DNA of 63,089 nt, filler included, from Deltaproteobacteria bacterium (GTDB taxonomy: Bacteria; JACQOV01): assembly GCA_016202395.1 (NCBI GenBank). It is 4 parts of 4 records of this genome, joined end to end, with 100 filler letters (N's around TTAATTAATTAA, not from the genome) between each part and the next. Parts side by side here need not be neighbours in the genome. Positions count along the whole stretch, not along the records: positions 46,905 to 56,982 come from JACQOV010000053.1; positions 57,083 to 63,089 come from JACQOV010000060.1; 2 more parts are not named here. One strand, written 5' to 3'. Below are positions 54,891-63,089 of the stretch, in pieces; position 1 is the first letter of the stretch, and every line of letters begins with the position of its first letter. Both the position numbers and the translations under genes were made by a program. The notes beneath the pieces are model-generated. The model had not been told where the DNA came from and searched no databases. It was given only the letters and a program-made list of their open reading frames with translations.

Positions 54891-55769
54891 ATGGCCGAAG
54901 ATTATTATAAAATTTTAGAAGTTTCTAAACAGGCCTCTACGGATGAAGTTCGTAAGGCCTATCGCAGGCTTGCGCGCAAATACCACCCCGACTTTAACCC
55001 TGGAAACAAGAAGGCTGAGGAGAGATTTAAGAAAATCTCGGAGGCCTATGAGGTTTTGAGCGATTCTGAGAAGCGACGCCAGTACGATCAAGGAGGGTTT
55101 GTCTTTGGAGGAGGATTTGATCCTTTTGGAAAAAGGGGAGGAGGAGCTCGCCATCAGACCTTCCATTTTGGTGGAGAGGGAGTTGGAGGTTTTGAGGATC
55201 TCTTTGGGGATGTTTTTGGTCGAAGAGGGGGGACGACCTATGCCAGCGCTGGACAGGATGTTGAGCAAAAGATTGTCCTTACTTTAGAAGAGGCCGCTCA
55301 TGGGACCCGTAGATTAGTCGCGATTGGGGGGGAGCGGGTTGAGGTTCAGATCCCTGCGGGAGCTCGAACCGGCTCAAAGATTCGTGTTCCTGAAAAAGGG
55401 GAGGGTGGGCCTTTTGGAGGGGCTCGAGGGGATCTCTATCTAATCGTGGAGATCGCCAAACACCCTCTTTTCGAAATCGATGGGAATGATCTGGTTATGA
55501 AACTTCCCATCACTGTAGGAGAGGCTGCTTTGGGAACAAAAGTGGATGTAGCGACACTGAATGGGCGGGTCACTTTGACGATCCCTCCCGGAACTTCGGG
55601 AGGGCAACGACTTCGATTGAGAGAAAAGGGGTTGCTCGACCGGAAAACAGGAGAGCATGGAGATCTCTACGTGCAAGTGGAGGTGAAGCTCCCTTCGAAA
55701 ATCGATGCAGAATCTCGAAAGCTGATTGAGCAGTTTGAGAAAAGAAATCCGATGAATCCTAGAAAGTAA
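54891..55769 (+). CDS. DnaJ-class B co-chaperone (CbpA-like, no zinc finger)
   Basis: J-domain HPD, G/F region, GDLY C-domain. Confidence 0.92.
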   Translation: MAEDYYKILEVSKQASTDEVRKAYRRLARKYHPDFNPGNKKAEERFKKISEAYEVLSDSEKRRQYDQGGFVFGGGFDPFGKRGGGARHQTFHFGGEGVGGFEDLFGDVFGRRGGTTYASAGQDVEQKIVLTLEEAAHGTRRLVAIGGERVEVQIPAGARTGSKIRVPEKGEGGPFGGARGDLYLIVEIAKHPLFEIDGNDLVMKLPITVGEAALGTKVDVATLNGRVTLTIPPGTSGGQRLRLREKGLLDRKTGEHGDLYVQVEVKLPSKIDAESRKLIEQFEKRNPMNPRK

Positions 55770-55770
55770 A

Positions 55771-55948
55771 GGGCACCTCTAAAAACTATGTTCGTCACGA
55801 AAAAACAGAAACTGAGCCGAGACAAGGAAGATGAACAAAAAGCCCGCAAACGTAGCCAAAGCGCTACGTTGAGGACTTTTTGTGAAATCTGACGCAGTCG
55901 CAGGCCAGAGCCTGTTTTTGCAGTAGAAGATAGTTTTTAGAGGTGCCC
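55771..55948. mobile_element. 178-bp MITE family A, copy 2
   Basis: Perfect TIR GGGCACCTCTAAAAACTA; TAAA duplicated on both flanks; only a few differences from copy 1. Confidence 0.92.
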
Positions 55949-55963
55949 TAAAGGAGGGAAAAC

Positions 55964-56812
55964 ATGAATCAACTAAAAACAGTCATTCTTTTGGGGTTGC
56001 TCACGGGACTTCTTTTAGCGATAGGGAAGATCTTTGGAGGAGATCAGGGGATGGCTTTCGCCTTTATCTTTGCGGCTCTCATGAATTTTGGAGCCTATTG
56101 GTTCTCCGACAAGTTGGTCCTGGCGATGTATCGGGCTAAAGAGGTCAGCGAATCCGCCTCCCCGCGGCTTTACCGAATTATTCAACGGCTCTCTCAGAAG
56201 GCTAGCCTTCCCATGCCCCGAGTTTATGTGGTTCCTTCGCAGGCCCCCAATGCCTTTGCCACAGGTCGAAATCCAAGGCATGCCGCCGTTGCCGCAACGG
56301 AAGGGATTTTACAACTCTTAAACGATGAAGAGCTCGAAGGGGTTTTTGCCCATGAGCTGGCCCATGTTCAGAATCGAGATATCTTGGTGAGCTCGATTGC
56401 TGCAACCATCGCGGGGGCTATCATGATGATAGCGAATATGGCCCGTTGGGCGGCCTTCTTTGGGATGGGAGGTTCCCGAGATCATCGAGGAGGAGGGAAC
56501 AACATGATTGCTCTTCTAGCCATGACGATCTTGGCCCCTTTAGCCGCTACGTTGATTCAGTTGGCGATCTCTCGATCTCGGGAATTTGGCGCCGATGCGA
56601 GCGGGGCTCGAATTGTAGGGAATCCTTTGCCACTGGCCGCGGCATTAGAGAAACTCCATTTTGCAAAAGGGAGGAGGCCGATGGAGGTCAACCCCGCAAC
56701 CGCTCATCTTTTCATCGTGAATCCTTTTTCAGGAAAGGGGATCGTTCGGCTTTTTAGCACCCATCCCCCGGTGGAAGAAAGAATCCGCCGCCTCAAAACA
56801 ATGATAGGATAG
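55964..56812 (+). CDS. htpX: Zinc metalloprotease HtpX
   Basis: [30 protein letters not shown]. Confidence 0.95.
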   Translation: MNQLKTVILLGLLTGLLLAIGKIFGGDQGMAFAFIFAALMNFGAYWFSDKLVLAMYRAKEVSESASPRLYRIIQRLSQKASLPMPRVYVVPSQAPNAFATGRNPRHAAVAATEGILQLLNDEELEGVFAHELAHVQNRDILVSSIAATIAGAIMMIANMARWAAFFGMGGSRDHRGGGNNMIALLAMTILAPLAATLIQLAISRSREFGADASGARIVGNPLPLAAALEKLHFAKGRRPMEVNPATAHLFIVNPFSGKGIVRLFSTHPPVEERIRRLKTMIG

Positions 56813-56824
56813 CGAGATTGTTGA

Positions 56825-56982
56825 CTTGTCGGTAGGAAAAGTTCACGGGAATGTTTTTTCTCGCTTCACTCGCAAGATTTTTGATTGGTTCGGTGGGAAA
56901 AGTTCAAGCGGCTCCGAAGCTCCGGTCGCACCCTTCCGGGGCGAGCCGGCGGGAAAAAGCCTTCCGGTATAACCGGCTTTCC
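56825..56982. repeat. Partial copy of the 52006 element family, running into the contig end
   Basis: GGAAAAGTTCACGGG.ATGTTTTTTCTCGCTTCACTC.CAAGATTTTTG shared with 52024-52082. Confidence 0.75.
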
Positions 56983-57082
56983 NNNNNNNNNNNNNNNNNN
57001 NNNNNNNNNNNNNNNNNNNNNNNNNNTTAATTAATTAANNNNNNNNNNNNNNNNNNNNNNNNNNNNNNNNNNNNNNNNNNNN
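56983..57082. other. Artificial contig linker
   Basis: N44-TTAATTAATTAA-N44. Confidence 0.98.
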
Positions 57083-57207
57083 AGGAGGATGAGCAAAAAG
57101 CCCGGAAACGTACTTGGAAAGTACGTTGAGGACTTTTTGCGAAATCCGACAAAGTCGCAGCCGAAAAGCCAAAATTGCAGCCGGAAGCATTTATGAGACC
57201 AGTTCTA
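57083..57207. mobile_element. MITE family B, partial copy at contig start
   Basis: Shared core plus right TIR CATTTATGAGACCAGTTCTA. Confidence 0.85.
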
Positions 57208-57218
57208 AAAGGGACCCG

Positions 57219-58517
57219 ATGATATCGACGCCAAAAGAGCTAGATCCTGTTTTGATTGATGGGGTGAGGACGCCGTTCCTGCGAAGCAACGGCGCGTTCA
57301 CTCGACTCTCCACCTATCAGCTTGGCTCGAAAGCGATTGCAGGGCTTCTGAATAAAACTGGGATCGATCCTAAACTCATCGACCATGTGGTGATGGGATG
57401 TGTGATCGCCTCCCCCAAAACACCGAATGTGGCTCGAGAGGCGGCTCTTGTGGCAGGAATCCCAAACACAGTCCCTGCGCACACGGTGACACTGGCTTGC
57501 ATCTCGGCCAATGTGGCTGCGACGAGTCTTGCCGATAGGATCCGTTTAGGCCAAATGGATGTGGCCATTGCGGGAGGGACAGAGAATCTCTCCGACCCTC
57601 CAATTCAGGTTTCACAAAATGTGCGGTTCGCCATGGTCAAGGCTCAGAAAGCAAAAGGGCTCGCAGATTACATCAAGATTCTTCGCGAACTTTCTTTGAA
57701 AGATATCATCCCCGACATACCCGCCGTGGCAGAGTTTTCGACAGGAGAATCGATGGGGCAGGGGTGTGAGAGACTTTTACGGCAAGCCCAAGTGACCCGT
57801 GAAGAGACCGATCAATATGCCGTTCGCAGCCATCAACTTGCGGCCAAAGCATGGGAGGAGGGGAACTACAATGAAGCGGTGACCCCTGTGGAGGTCCCTC
57901 CTAAATTTGCGGCGGTTGTTAAAGACGACGGCCCTCGTGGCGATAGCACGATGGACAAGCTGGCCAAACTTCGTCCCGCATTCGACAAGGTTTTTGGCGT
58001 TTCAACGGCAGGGAACTCTTCGTTTTTGACGGATGGAGCCTCTGCAATTCTCCTCATGAGTCGTAAAGGAGCCCAAGAGCTCGGCTTTAAGCCCAAGGCA
58101 ATCCTTAAAGATTACGTGTACGCTGGAGGCGATCCACTCGATGAGCTTCTAACAGGGCCCGCTCTGACGATCCCGAAACTTTTAGACAAGAATGGTTTAA
58201 AAATTTCGGACATCTCCGTGTGGGAGATTCATGAGGCCTTCTCCGCCCAAATGGTGGCAATGATTAAACTTTTGAAATCGGAGAAATTCTGCCGAGAACG
58301 ACTGAAACGGGATGGAGCCCTTGGAGAGATCCCACTTGAAAAGATGAATGTGTGGGGAGGATCCCTTTCATTGGGACATCCGTTTGGAGCAACGGGTGGA
58401 AGGCTCCTAGAAACGGCAGCTCGCAGATTGGAAAGGGAAGGGGGGCGCTACGCCGTTGTGGCCGGATGCGCCGCCGGTGGTCACGGCTCCGCTATTTTGT
58501 TGGAGAATCCGCACTAA
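57219..58517 (+). CDS. fadI: Acetyl-CoA C-acyltransferase (trifunctional-enzyme beta type)
   Basis: NVAREA, ACISAN, TDGASA, HEAF, GHPFGATG, CAAGG. Confidence 0.9.
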   Translation: MISTPKELDPVLIDGVRTPFLRSNGAFTRLSTYQLGSKAIAGLLNKTGIDPKLIDHVVMGCVIASPKTPNVAREAALVAGIPNTVPAHTVTLACISANVAATSLADRIRLGQMDVAIAGGTENLSDPPIQVSQNVRFAMVKAQKAKGLADYIKILRELSLKDIIPDIPAVAEFSTGESMGQGCERLLRQAQVTREETDQYAVRSHQLAAKAWEEGNYNEAVTPVEVPPKFAAVVKDDGPRGDSTMDKLAKLRPAFDKVFGVSTAGNSSFLTDGASAILLMSRKGAQELGFKPKAILKDYVYAGGDPLDELLTGPALTIPKLLDKNGLKISDISVWEIHEAFSAQMVAMIKLLKSEKFCRERLKRDGALGEIPLEKMNVWGGSLSLGHPFGATGGRLLETAARRLEREGGRYAVVAGCAAGGHGSAILLENPH

Positions 58518-58518
58518 G

Positions 58519-60666
58519 ATGAACAATAATAAAATTTTACATCTCGAAATTATCAAAGATGTGGCGGTCGTCACGTTTGACGATCCCGCATCGAAAGTCA
58601 ATACCATCAGCCCTCAGCTCTCTTCGGAGTTCCAAGAGATCTTTGATGAGATCGCTAAAAACAACACTGTGAAAGCGTCTGTTCTGATCTCTGGAAAACC
58701 GGATAATTTTATTGCAGGAGCGGATATCAACACGCTCAAGAATGCCAAAAGCGCTGAAGAAGTGGAGAGATTGAGCCGAGAGGCGCAACGATTGCTCGAT
58801 CGATTGGCCACCACCCCCAAGCCCGTTGTCGCCGCAATTCATGGAACCTGCCTCGGAGGAGGTCTGGAGATCGCTCTGGCTTGCCACTATCGAATCGCAA
58901 CCGACCATCCCAAAACTGTCCTAGCGCTCCCTGAGGTGATGCTCGGTCTTCTCCCCGGAGCCGGTGGAACACAACGCCTGCCAAGGCTTGTGGGGATTCA
59001 AGCCGCCCTCGACATGATGCTCACCGGAAAAAATATCTATCCGCGCAAAGCGAAAAAGATGGGGCTAATCGATCATGTGGCTATTCCTCAAGGATTAAAA
59101 GAGATTGCTATTGAAGCAGCTCGACGGCTCTCGAATAAAGCACTTCGATCTAAACGACGCAAGCCCAAGCTTGTAGAAAAGGTTTTAGAAAAAACTGCGG
59201 TCGGCCGAAAAATTCTGTTTAGCCAAGCTCGCAAAATGGTGATGCAAAAGAGTTTGGGGCTTTATCCGGCGCCATTAGCGATTTTGGATGTGGTGCAACA
59301 GGGCATCCCTCGATCGCTCGAACAGGGGCTCGCCTACGAATCGAAACGATTTGGAGAGCTTGCGCAAACGCCCGAGTCGAAGAGCCTGATCCACCTTTTC
59401 TTTGGCCAGACTTCGCTTAAAAAGAATCGATTTGGCGATCCGAAAACGAAAGTGCGAAAGATCGGCGTCCTTGGCGGCGGGTTGATGGGGGGAGGGATCA
59501 CCTCCGTCAGCGCCCAAAAAGGGCTTCAGGTGCTCATCAAAGACATCAAATTGGAAGCCGCGGTCAAAGGGAAAAAGCAACTTTTTGACGATCTGCAAAA
59601 AAGAGTAAAACAGAGAGTCCTCTCTTCATTTGAACGCGACAAAATTTTAAATCGTGTGAACGCTCAGGCCGACTATCGCGGATTTGAGAACTGTCAGCTT
59701 GTGATTGAAGCGGTTTTGGAAGACATCGCCATCAAACACAAAGTGATTAAGGAGATGGAGCCGCATCTTTCAGAGAATGCCATTTTCGCCTCCAATACCT
59801 CGGCTCTTCCTATTAAAGAGATTGCCAAAGCGAGCCAGCGCCCTCAGAACATTGTGGGAATGCATTATTTTTCGCCGGTGCAAAAGATGCCTTTGCTGGA
59901 GATTGTGGTCACGGACCAAAGCTCGCAAGAGGCCAAAGCGGTGGCGGTCGACGTCGGCCTTCGACAAGGGAAAACCGTGATTGTGGTGAAAGATGGGCCT
60001 GGGTTTTACACCTCCCGAATATTGGCGCCGTACATGGACGAAGCGGCGGTGTTGGTGCAAGAAGGGGTTGGATTTTATGAACTCGATGAACAGCTCAAAA
60101 AATTTGGTTATCCTGTGGGACCGGTAACATTACTGGATGAAGTGGGAATTGATGTTGGCGCCCACGTTGGGGAGTTTTTAGGGAGAGTTTTAGGGAAACG
60201 GGTGACCAGTGGCGATCCTAAAGTGTTTGAAGAGATTATTGCTAAAGGTTATTTAGGTCGAAAAACGGGCAAAGGCTTTTTTATGTACGACAAAAAGGTG
60301 AGGGGAAGAAAGCCGATCAATCCCGGCATGCAAGAGATCATCCAAAAACATTGCAAACCCGGAGCACAAGCGCCGAGCGCTGAAGAGATCCAACTCCGAA
60401 TGGGGCTTCGTATGGTGAATGAAGCGGTTTTGTGTTTGCAAGAGGGGGTTTTAGAAAATCCAGTGGATGGCGACATTGGCGCTGTTTTCGGCCTGGGTTT
60501 TCCCCCGTTCCATGGCGGTCCCTTCCGTTACCTTGATACTGTAGATGCCGATTGGGTCGCACTAACGCTCGAAAGGTTTTCCGAGCGCTACGGTTCCGAA
60601 CGTTTCAGACCGGCCCCCTTGCTTCTCGATATGGCTAAATCTGGAAAAAAATTCCACCCTGTTTAA
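58519..60666 (+). CDS. fadJ: Fatty acid oxidation complex alpha subunit
   Basis: FIAGADI, LPEVMLGLLPGAGGTQRL, GGGLMGGG, SNTS, GMHYFSPV. Confidence 0.93.
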   Translation: MNNNKILHLEIIKDVAVVTFDDPASKVNTISPQLSSEFQEIFDEIAKNNTVKASVLISGKPDNFIAGADINTLKNAKSAEEVERLSREAQRLLDRLATTPKPVVAAIHGTCLGGGLEIALACHYRIATDHPKTVLALPEVMLGLLPGAGGTQRLPRLVGIQAALDMMLTGKNIYPRKAKKMGLIDHVAIPQGLKEIAIEAARRLSNKALRSKRRKPKLVEKVLEKTAVGRKILFSQARKMVMQKSLGLYPAPLAILDVVQQGIPRSLEQGLAYESKRFGELAQTPESKSLIHLFFGQTSLKKNRFGDPKTKVRKIGVLGGGLMGGGITSVSAQKGLQVLIKDIKLEAAVKGKKQLFDDLQKRVKQRVLSSFERDKILNRVNAQADYRGFENCQLVIEAVLEDIAIKHKVIKEMEPHLSENAIFASNTSALPIKEIAKASQRPQNIVGMHYFSPVQKMPLLEIVVTDQSSQEAKAVAVDVGLRQGKTVIVVKDGPGFYTSRILAPYMDEAAVLVQEGVGFYELDEQLKKFGYPVGPVTLLDEVGIDVGAHVGEFLGRVLGKRVTSGDPKVFEEIIAKGYLGRKTGKGFFMYDKKVRGRKPINPGMQEIIQKHCKPGAQAPSAEEIQLRMGLRMVNEAVLCLQEGVLENPVDGDIGAVFGLGFPPFHGGPFRYLDTVDADWVALTLERFSERYGSERFRPAPLLLDMAKSGKKFHPV

Positions 60667-60669
60667 AGA

Positions 60670-61152
60670 TTATTTTAAGTATTTTTTATCTGCTTTTCCT
60701 TGGCTAAGAGCGCGTAATAGGATCTCTTCTCCCGATATTTCGCGGTCACTTAGAAGGCCTTCGTGTTCCGTCTTTTTCATTAGTGTTTCGATTTTAGTAT
60801 TTAGATATTGCCATTGTTCATTAACAGTAGGATCTGCATTTAATAGTCGCTTCAAAAGACTGTCTCTTTGGTAAATAAAATTAAGAAGTTTTTCTGAATC
60901 GAATCCTTTTAGATCGAATATGTTTTTCCAGAGTAATGATTCGGTATGAAACAAAATCTGTATCGTCCTTAGATTTCTTTTTTCTAAGAGATTCTTTTCA
61001 TCTCTCTCAAGTTGTGCAAATTCCTGCATTTCTTTATTGGCACGTTTTAAATTCTCTATTTGTATCTGTTGATGTTGATTTTGCGCTTCTTGCAATACTC
61101 GATGGCTAGAGGAATGCAACCACACTTTCAGCTTGGACCAATTTTTAACCAC
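60670..61152 (-). CDS. Hypothetical AT-rich protein
   Basis: 160-aa ORF with lower GC than its flanks; start uncertain. Confidence 0.5.
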   Translation of the reverse strand: MVKNWSKLKVWLHSSSHRVLQEAQNQHQQIQIENLKRANKEMQEFAQLERDEKNLLEKRNLRTIQILFHTESLLWKNIFDLKGFDSEKLLNFIYQRDSLLKRLLNADPTVNEQWQYLNTKIETLMKKTEHEGLLSDREISGEEILLRALSQGKADKKYLK

Positions 61153-61396
61153 AAAGTCTAAAATTTTCTCGGTAATGGACGTACCCCTTCCTATAGCGAG
61201 TCAAGAATATACTTTTTCCACACATAGGAATCAAGAAGGATTAAGCGGCTTGGAGGGTGACGTGGTAGAGAAGGTTGGCTTTGCGGAGTTGAGTGAATGA
61301 CGAAGAGGGGACGCAATATACGATCGCCTTCAATTACTCCTTCGATCCGAGATGGCCAAACGTTGCGTCTGCTTACAAAAAAATTTAATATAGGGT

Positions 61397-61585
61397 ATGG
61401 ACAGACCTATTGTTCCAAAAGTAATCAGGCGGGTAGGAGATTTACGTGGGGTCATTGATGAACTACCACGGTTGGGCAGAGAAGCGAAAAACTTCGAAAA
61501 AGATATTAAGGAAATCATCGCTCATCAACCTCGTCTTCCTCATAGGAATCAGTGGGGTCGGAAGAGTTCCTTTAGGAAGTTTTAA
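61397..61585 (+). CDS. Small hypothetical protein (possible antitoxin remnant)
   Basis: 62-aa ORF; LPRLGREAKNFEKDI resembles antitoxin C-termini. Weak call. Confidence 0.3.
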   Translation: MDRPIVPKVIRRVGDLRGVIDELPRLGREAKNFEKDIKEIIAHQPRLPHRNQWGRKSSFRKF

Positions 61586-61601
61586 GGGGTATGGTTATTG
61601 T

Positions 61602-62111
61602 TTAGAATCCGATCTTTTGTTGTTCAGTTTTTTTGGGAGCAAGAAGTTGCCGGATAGTCTGAAAGATGTTTCGAATGGCAGCATCATGGCCTCCTAGTTT
61701 GCTTTCTAATTCTTCCAATTTTCGACCAAGATCTTTATGTGTTGCCAATATTTCTCTAAGTTGAACAAATGCCCGCACTACTTGAATGCTTGCTCGAATC
61801 GCTGTGGGACTATTTAATACCGATGCCAACATAATTGCACCATGCTCTGTAAAAGCATAGGGACGTTTACGTCGACCTCCTCTTCCTTTCTTTGATGTTG
61901 CGTTTTGCAACATCAAAGATTTAAATTCCTCTTCCGTTAATTGAAGCATGAAATCTTCGGGGAAACGTTCTGAATTACGTTTTACTTGTTGATTTAGTCT
62001 TGCCGTAGTCACTCCATACAGTCGAGCGAGGTTCTCATCCAATAAAACTTTCTGGCCTCGGATCAGTAAAATTAGCTCTTCAATGTGCTTTGAGGGAATC
62101 ATTTGAGTCAT
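61602..62111 (-). CDS. ORF6N domain DNA-binding protein
   Basis: IRGQKVLLD..LARLYGV...QVKRN.ERFPEDFM, PYAFTEHG. Confidence 0.92.
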   Translation of the reverse strand: MTQMIPSKHIEELILLIRGQKVLLDENLARLYGVTTARLNQQVKRNSERFPEDFMLQLTEEEFKSLMLQNATSKKGRGGRRKRPYAFTEHGAIMLASVLNSPTAIRASIQVVRAFVQLREILATHKDLGRKLEELESKLGGHDAAIRNIFQTIRQLLAPKKTEQQKIGF

Positions 62112-62178
62112 TTAACACCTCCAATTACTCCTTCGATCTCAGAAGGCCAAATGTTGCCTCAGAAAACGAAAAAATGAT

Positions 62179-62340
62179 TAGAACGGGTCTCATAAATGGT
62201 GACGAAAGCGAGATTTTGGATTTTTGAGCGAGACGAGGAGGATGAACAAAAAGCCAGGAAACGTACTTGGAAAGTACGTTGAGGACTTTTTGTGAAATCG
62301 GACAAAGTCGCAGCCGGAAGCATTTATGAGACCCGTTCTA
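62179..62340. mobile_element. MITE family B, full copy (162 bp including flanking TA)
   Basis: Perfect 20-bp IR TAGAACGGGTCTCATAAATG / CATTTATGAGACCCGTTCTA; same core as family A. Confidence 0.9.
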
Positions 62341-62682
62341 TAATTCCAGCAGAGTGCGCAGGCGGGATTCAAGCTCGGTAAAGAGATCGGGTGGAATAGG
62401 ACCTAAATGTTTTCTGAAAGAGAGGTTGGCGACAGCAATTATTTGCGCGATTAGAAGGTCGCTCTCCTTCTCCAATCCACAGATTCCTTGTGGAAGGCGC
62501 AACCGAAGGAAACCTCCTCCGTCTATGACTCTACTTGTTGTTGGGACAACGATTGTAGAGGAATATCCCGCTTTATTCACAAGGTTGGATTGAACAACAA
62601 CTGCGGGTCGAACTTTTCCTGGTTTTGTATGGACACGTGGATTAAAATCTACAATATAGAGATGCCCACGAAAAGTTTTCAA
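62338..62682 (-). CDS. PemK/MazF toxin
   Basis: RGHLYIVDFNP...GKVRPAVVVQSN...VVPTT. Confidence 0.9.
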   Translation of the reverse strand: MKTFRGHLYIVDFNPRVHTKPGKVRPAVVVQSNLVNKAGYSSTIVVPTTSRVIDGGGFLRLRLPQGICGLEKESDLLIAQIIAVANLSFRKHLGPIPPDLFTELESRLRTLLEL

Positions 62683-62918
62683 TCCTCTTCACCCCGATGA
62701 AATGCAGCCCCTGTGAGAAGTCGGTGCTCTTTTTCATCCGCTTTTCTACATTTCCGGACCGACGCTTCAATCTCTTGGGCTAAGCGAGCTCGGTTAACAA
62801 TCCCTTGCAACTCCCCTAAAGCTCGGTGGATGACCTGCGCCTTGGAGGGAAGGCCAAGCCTTTCCTGTAGAAGCTCAAGCACTTCTTCATCCGTCCGTGA
62901 TATAGCGACTGCCCCCAT
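62679..62918 (-). CDS. Antitoxin (RHH-like) of the PemK pair
   Basis: ATGA overlap with the toxin; SKAQVIHRAL; TTGACA-17-TAGAAT upstream. Confidence 0.75.
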   Translation of the reverse strand: MGAVAISRTDEEVLELLQERLGLPSKAQVIHRALGELQGIVNRARLAQEIEASVRKCRKADEKEHRLLTGAAFHRGEED

Positions 62919-62970
62919 AGTGATTATATTCTACATTATACCTAACATAATGTCAAATATAATAACCATA

Positions 62971-63089
62971 GGGCACCTCTAAAAACTATGTTCGTCACGA
63001 AAAAACAGGATCTGAGCCGAGACAAGGAAGATGAACAAAAAGCCCGCAAACGTAGCCAAAGTGCTACGTTGAGGACTTTTTGTGAAATC
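62971..63089. mobile_element. 178-bp MITE family A, copy 3 (cut by window end)
   Basis: Matches the first 119 bp of copy 1. Confidence 0.9.

Noticed and set aside
57114-57218. N-terminal extension of the thiolase from the ORF track
   Set aside because: It comes from MITE B sequence; ATG 57219 matches the normal thiolase start.

Overview
Bacterial genomic DNA, probably from a Deltaproteobacteria-like metagenome assembly (inferred from gene content, the tmRNA tag, a pan RNA leader and sigma54 promoters). The window is four contigs joined by artificial N44-TTAATTAATTAA-N44 linkers (30371-30470, 46805-46904, 56983-57082), so gene order across the linkers carries no meaning. Housekeeping content: aconitase, ilvD, gltA, gcvH, dcd, tolQRAB-cpoB (no pal), tsaD, rsmA, panBCD with a pan RNA leader, smpB-ssrA, aguA/aguB, pgi, mtnA, dnaK-hsp20-dnaJ-htpX and fadIJ. 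There are six type II toxin-antitoxin (TA) loci, one with a broken toxin. Four things stand out. (1) A sigma54/IHF-driven locus with two paralogous secreted tail-fibre-like adhesins flanking a lipoprotein, an outer-membrane beta-barrel and a Cys-less HMA-fold protein; this is a candidate fibre display system. (2) Many palindromic miniature elements. Three sit in frame inside proteins, two of them within signal peptides (fibre 1 and TolB). One structured core with compensatory base changes occurs with three different sets of terminal repeats. (3) A shell-less mini-Rhs protein with a Sec signal peptide. (4) An Rnl2-like RNA ligase, an eRF1-like/HPF gene pair and repeated leaderless-type promoters. 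Family names come from motif recognition by eye; no database search was run.
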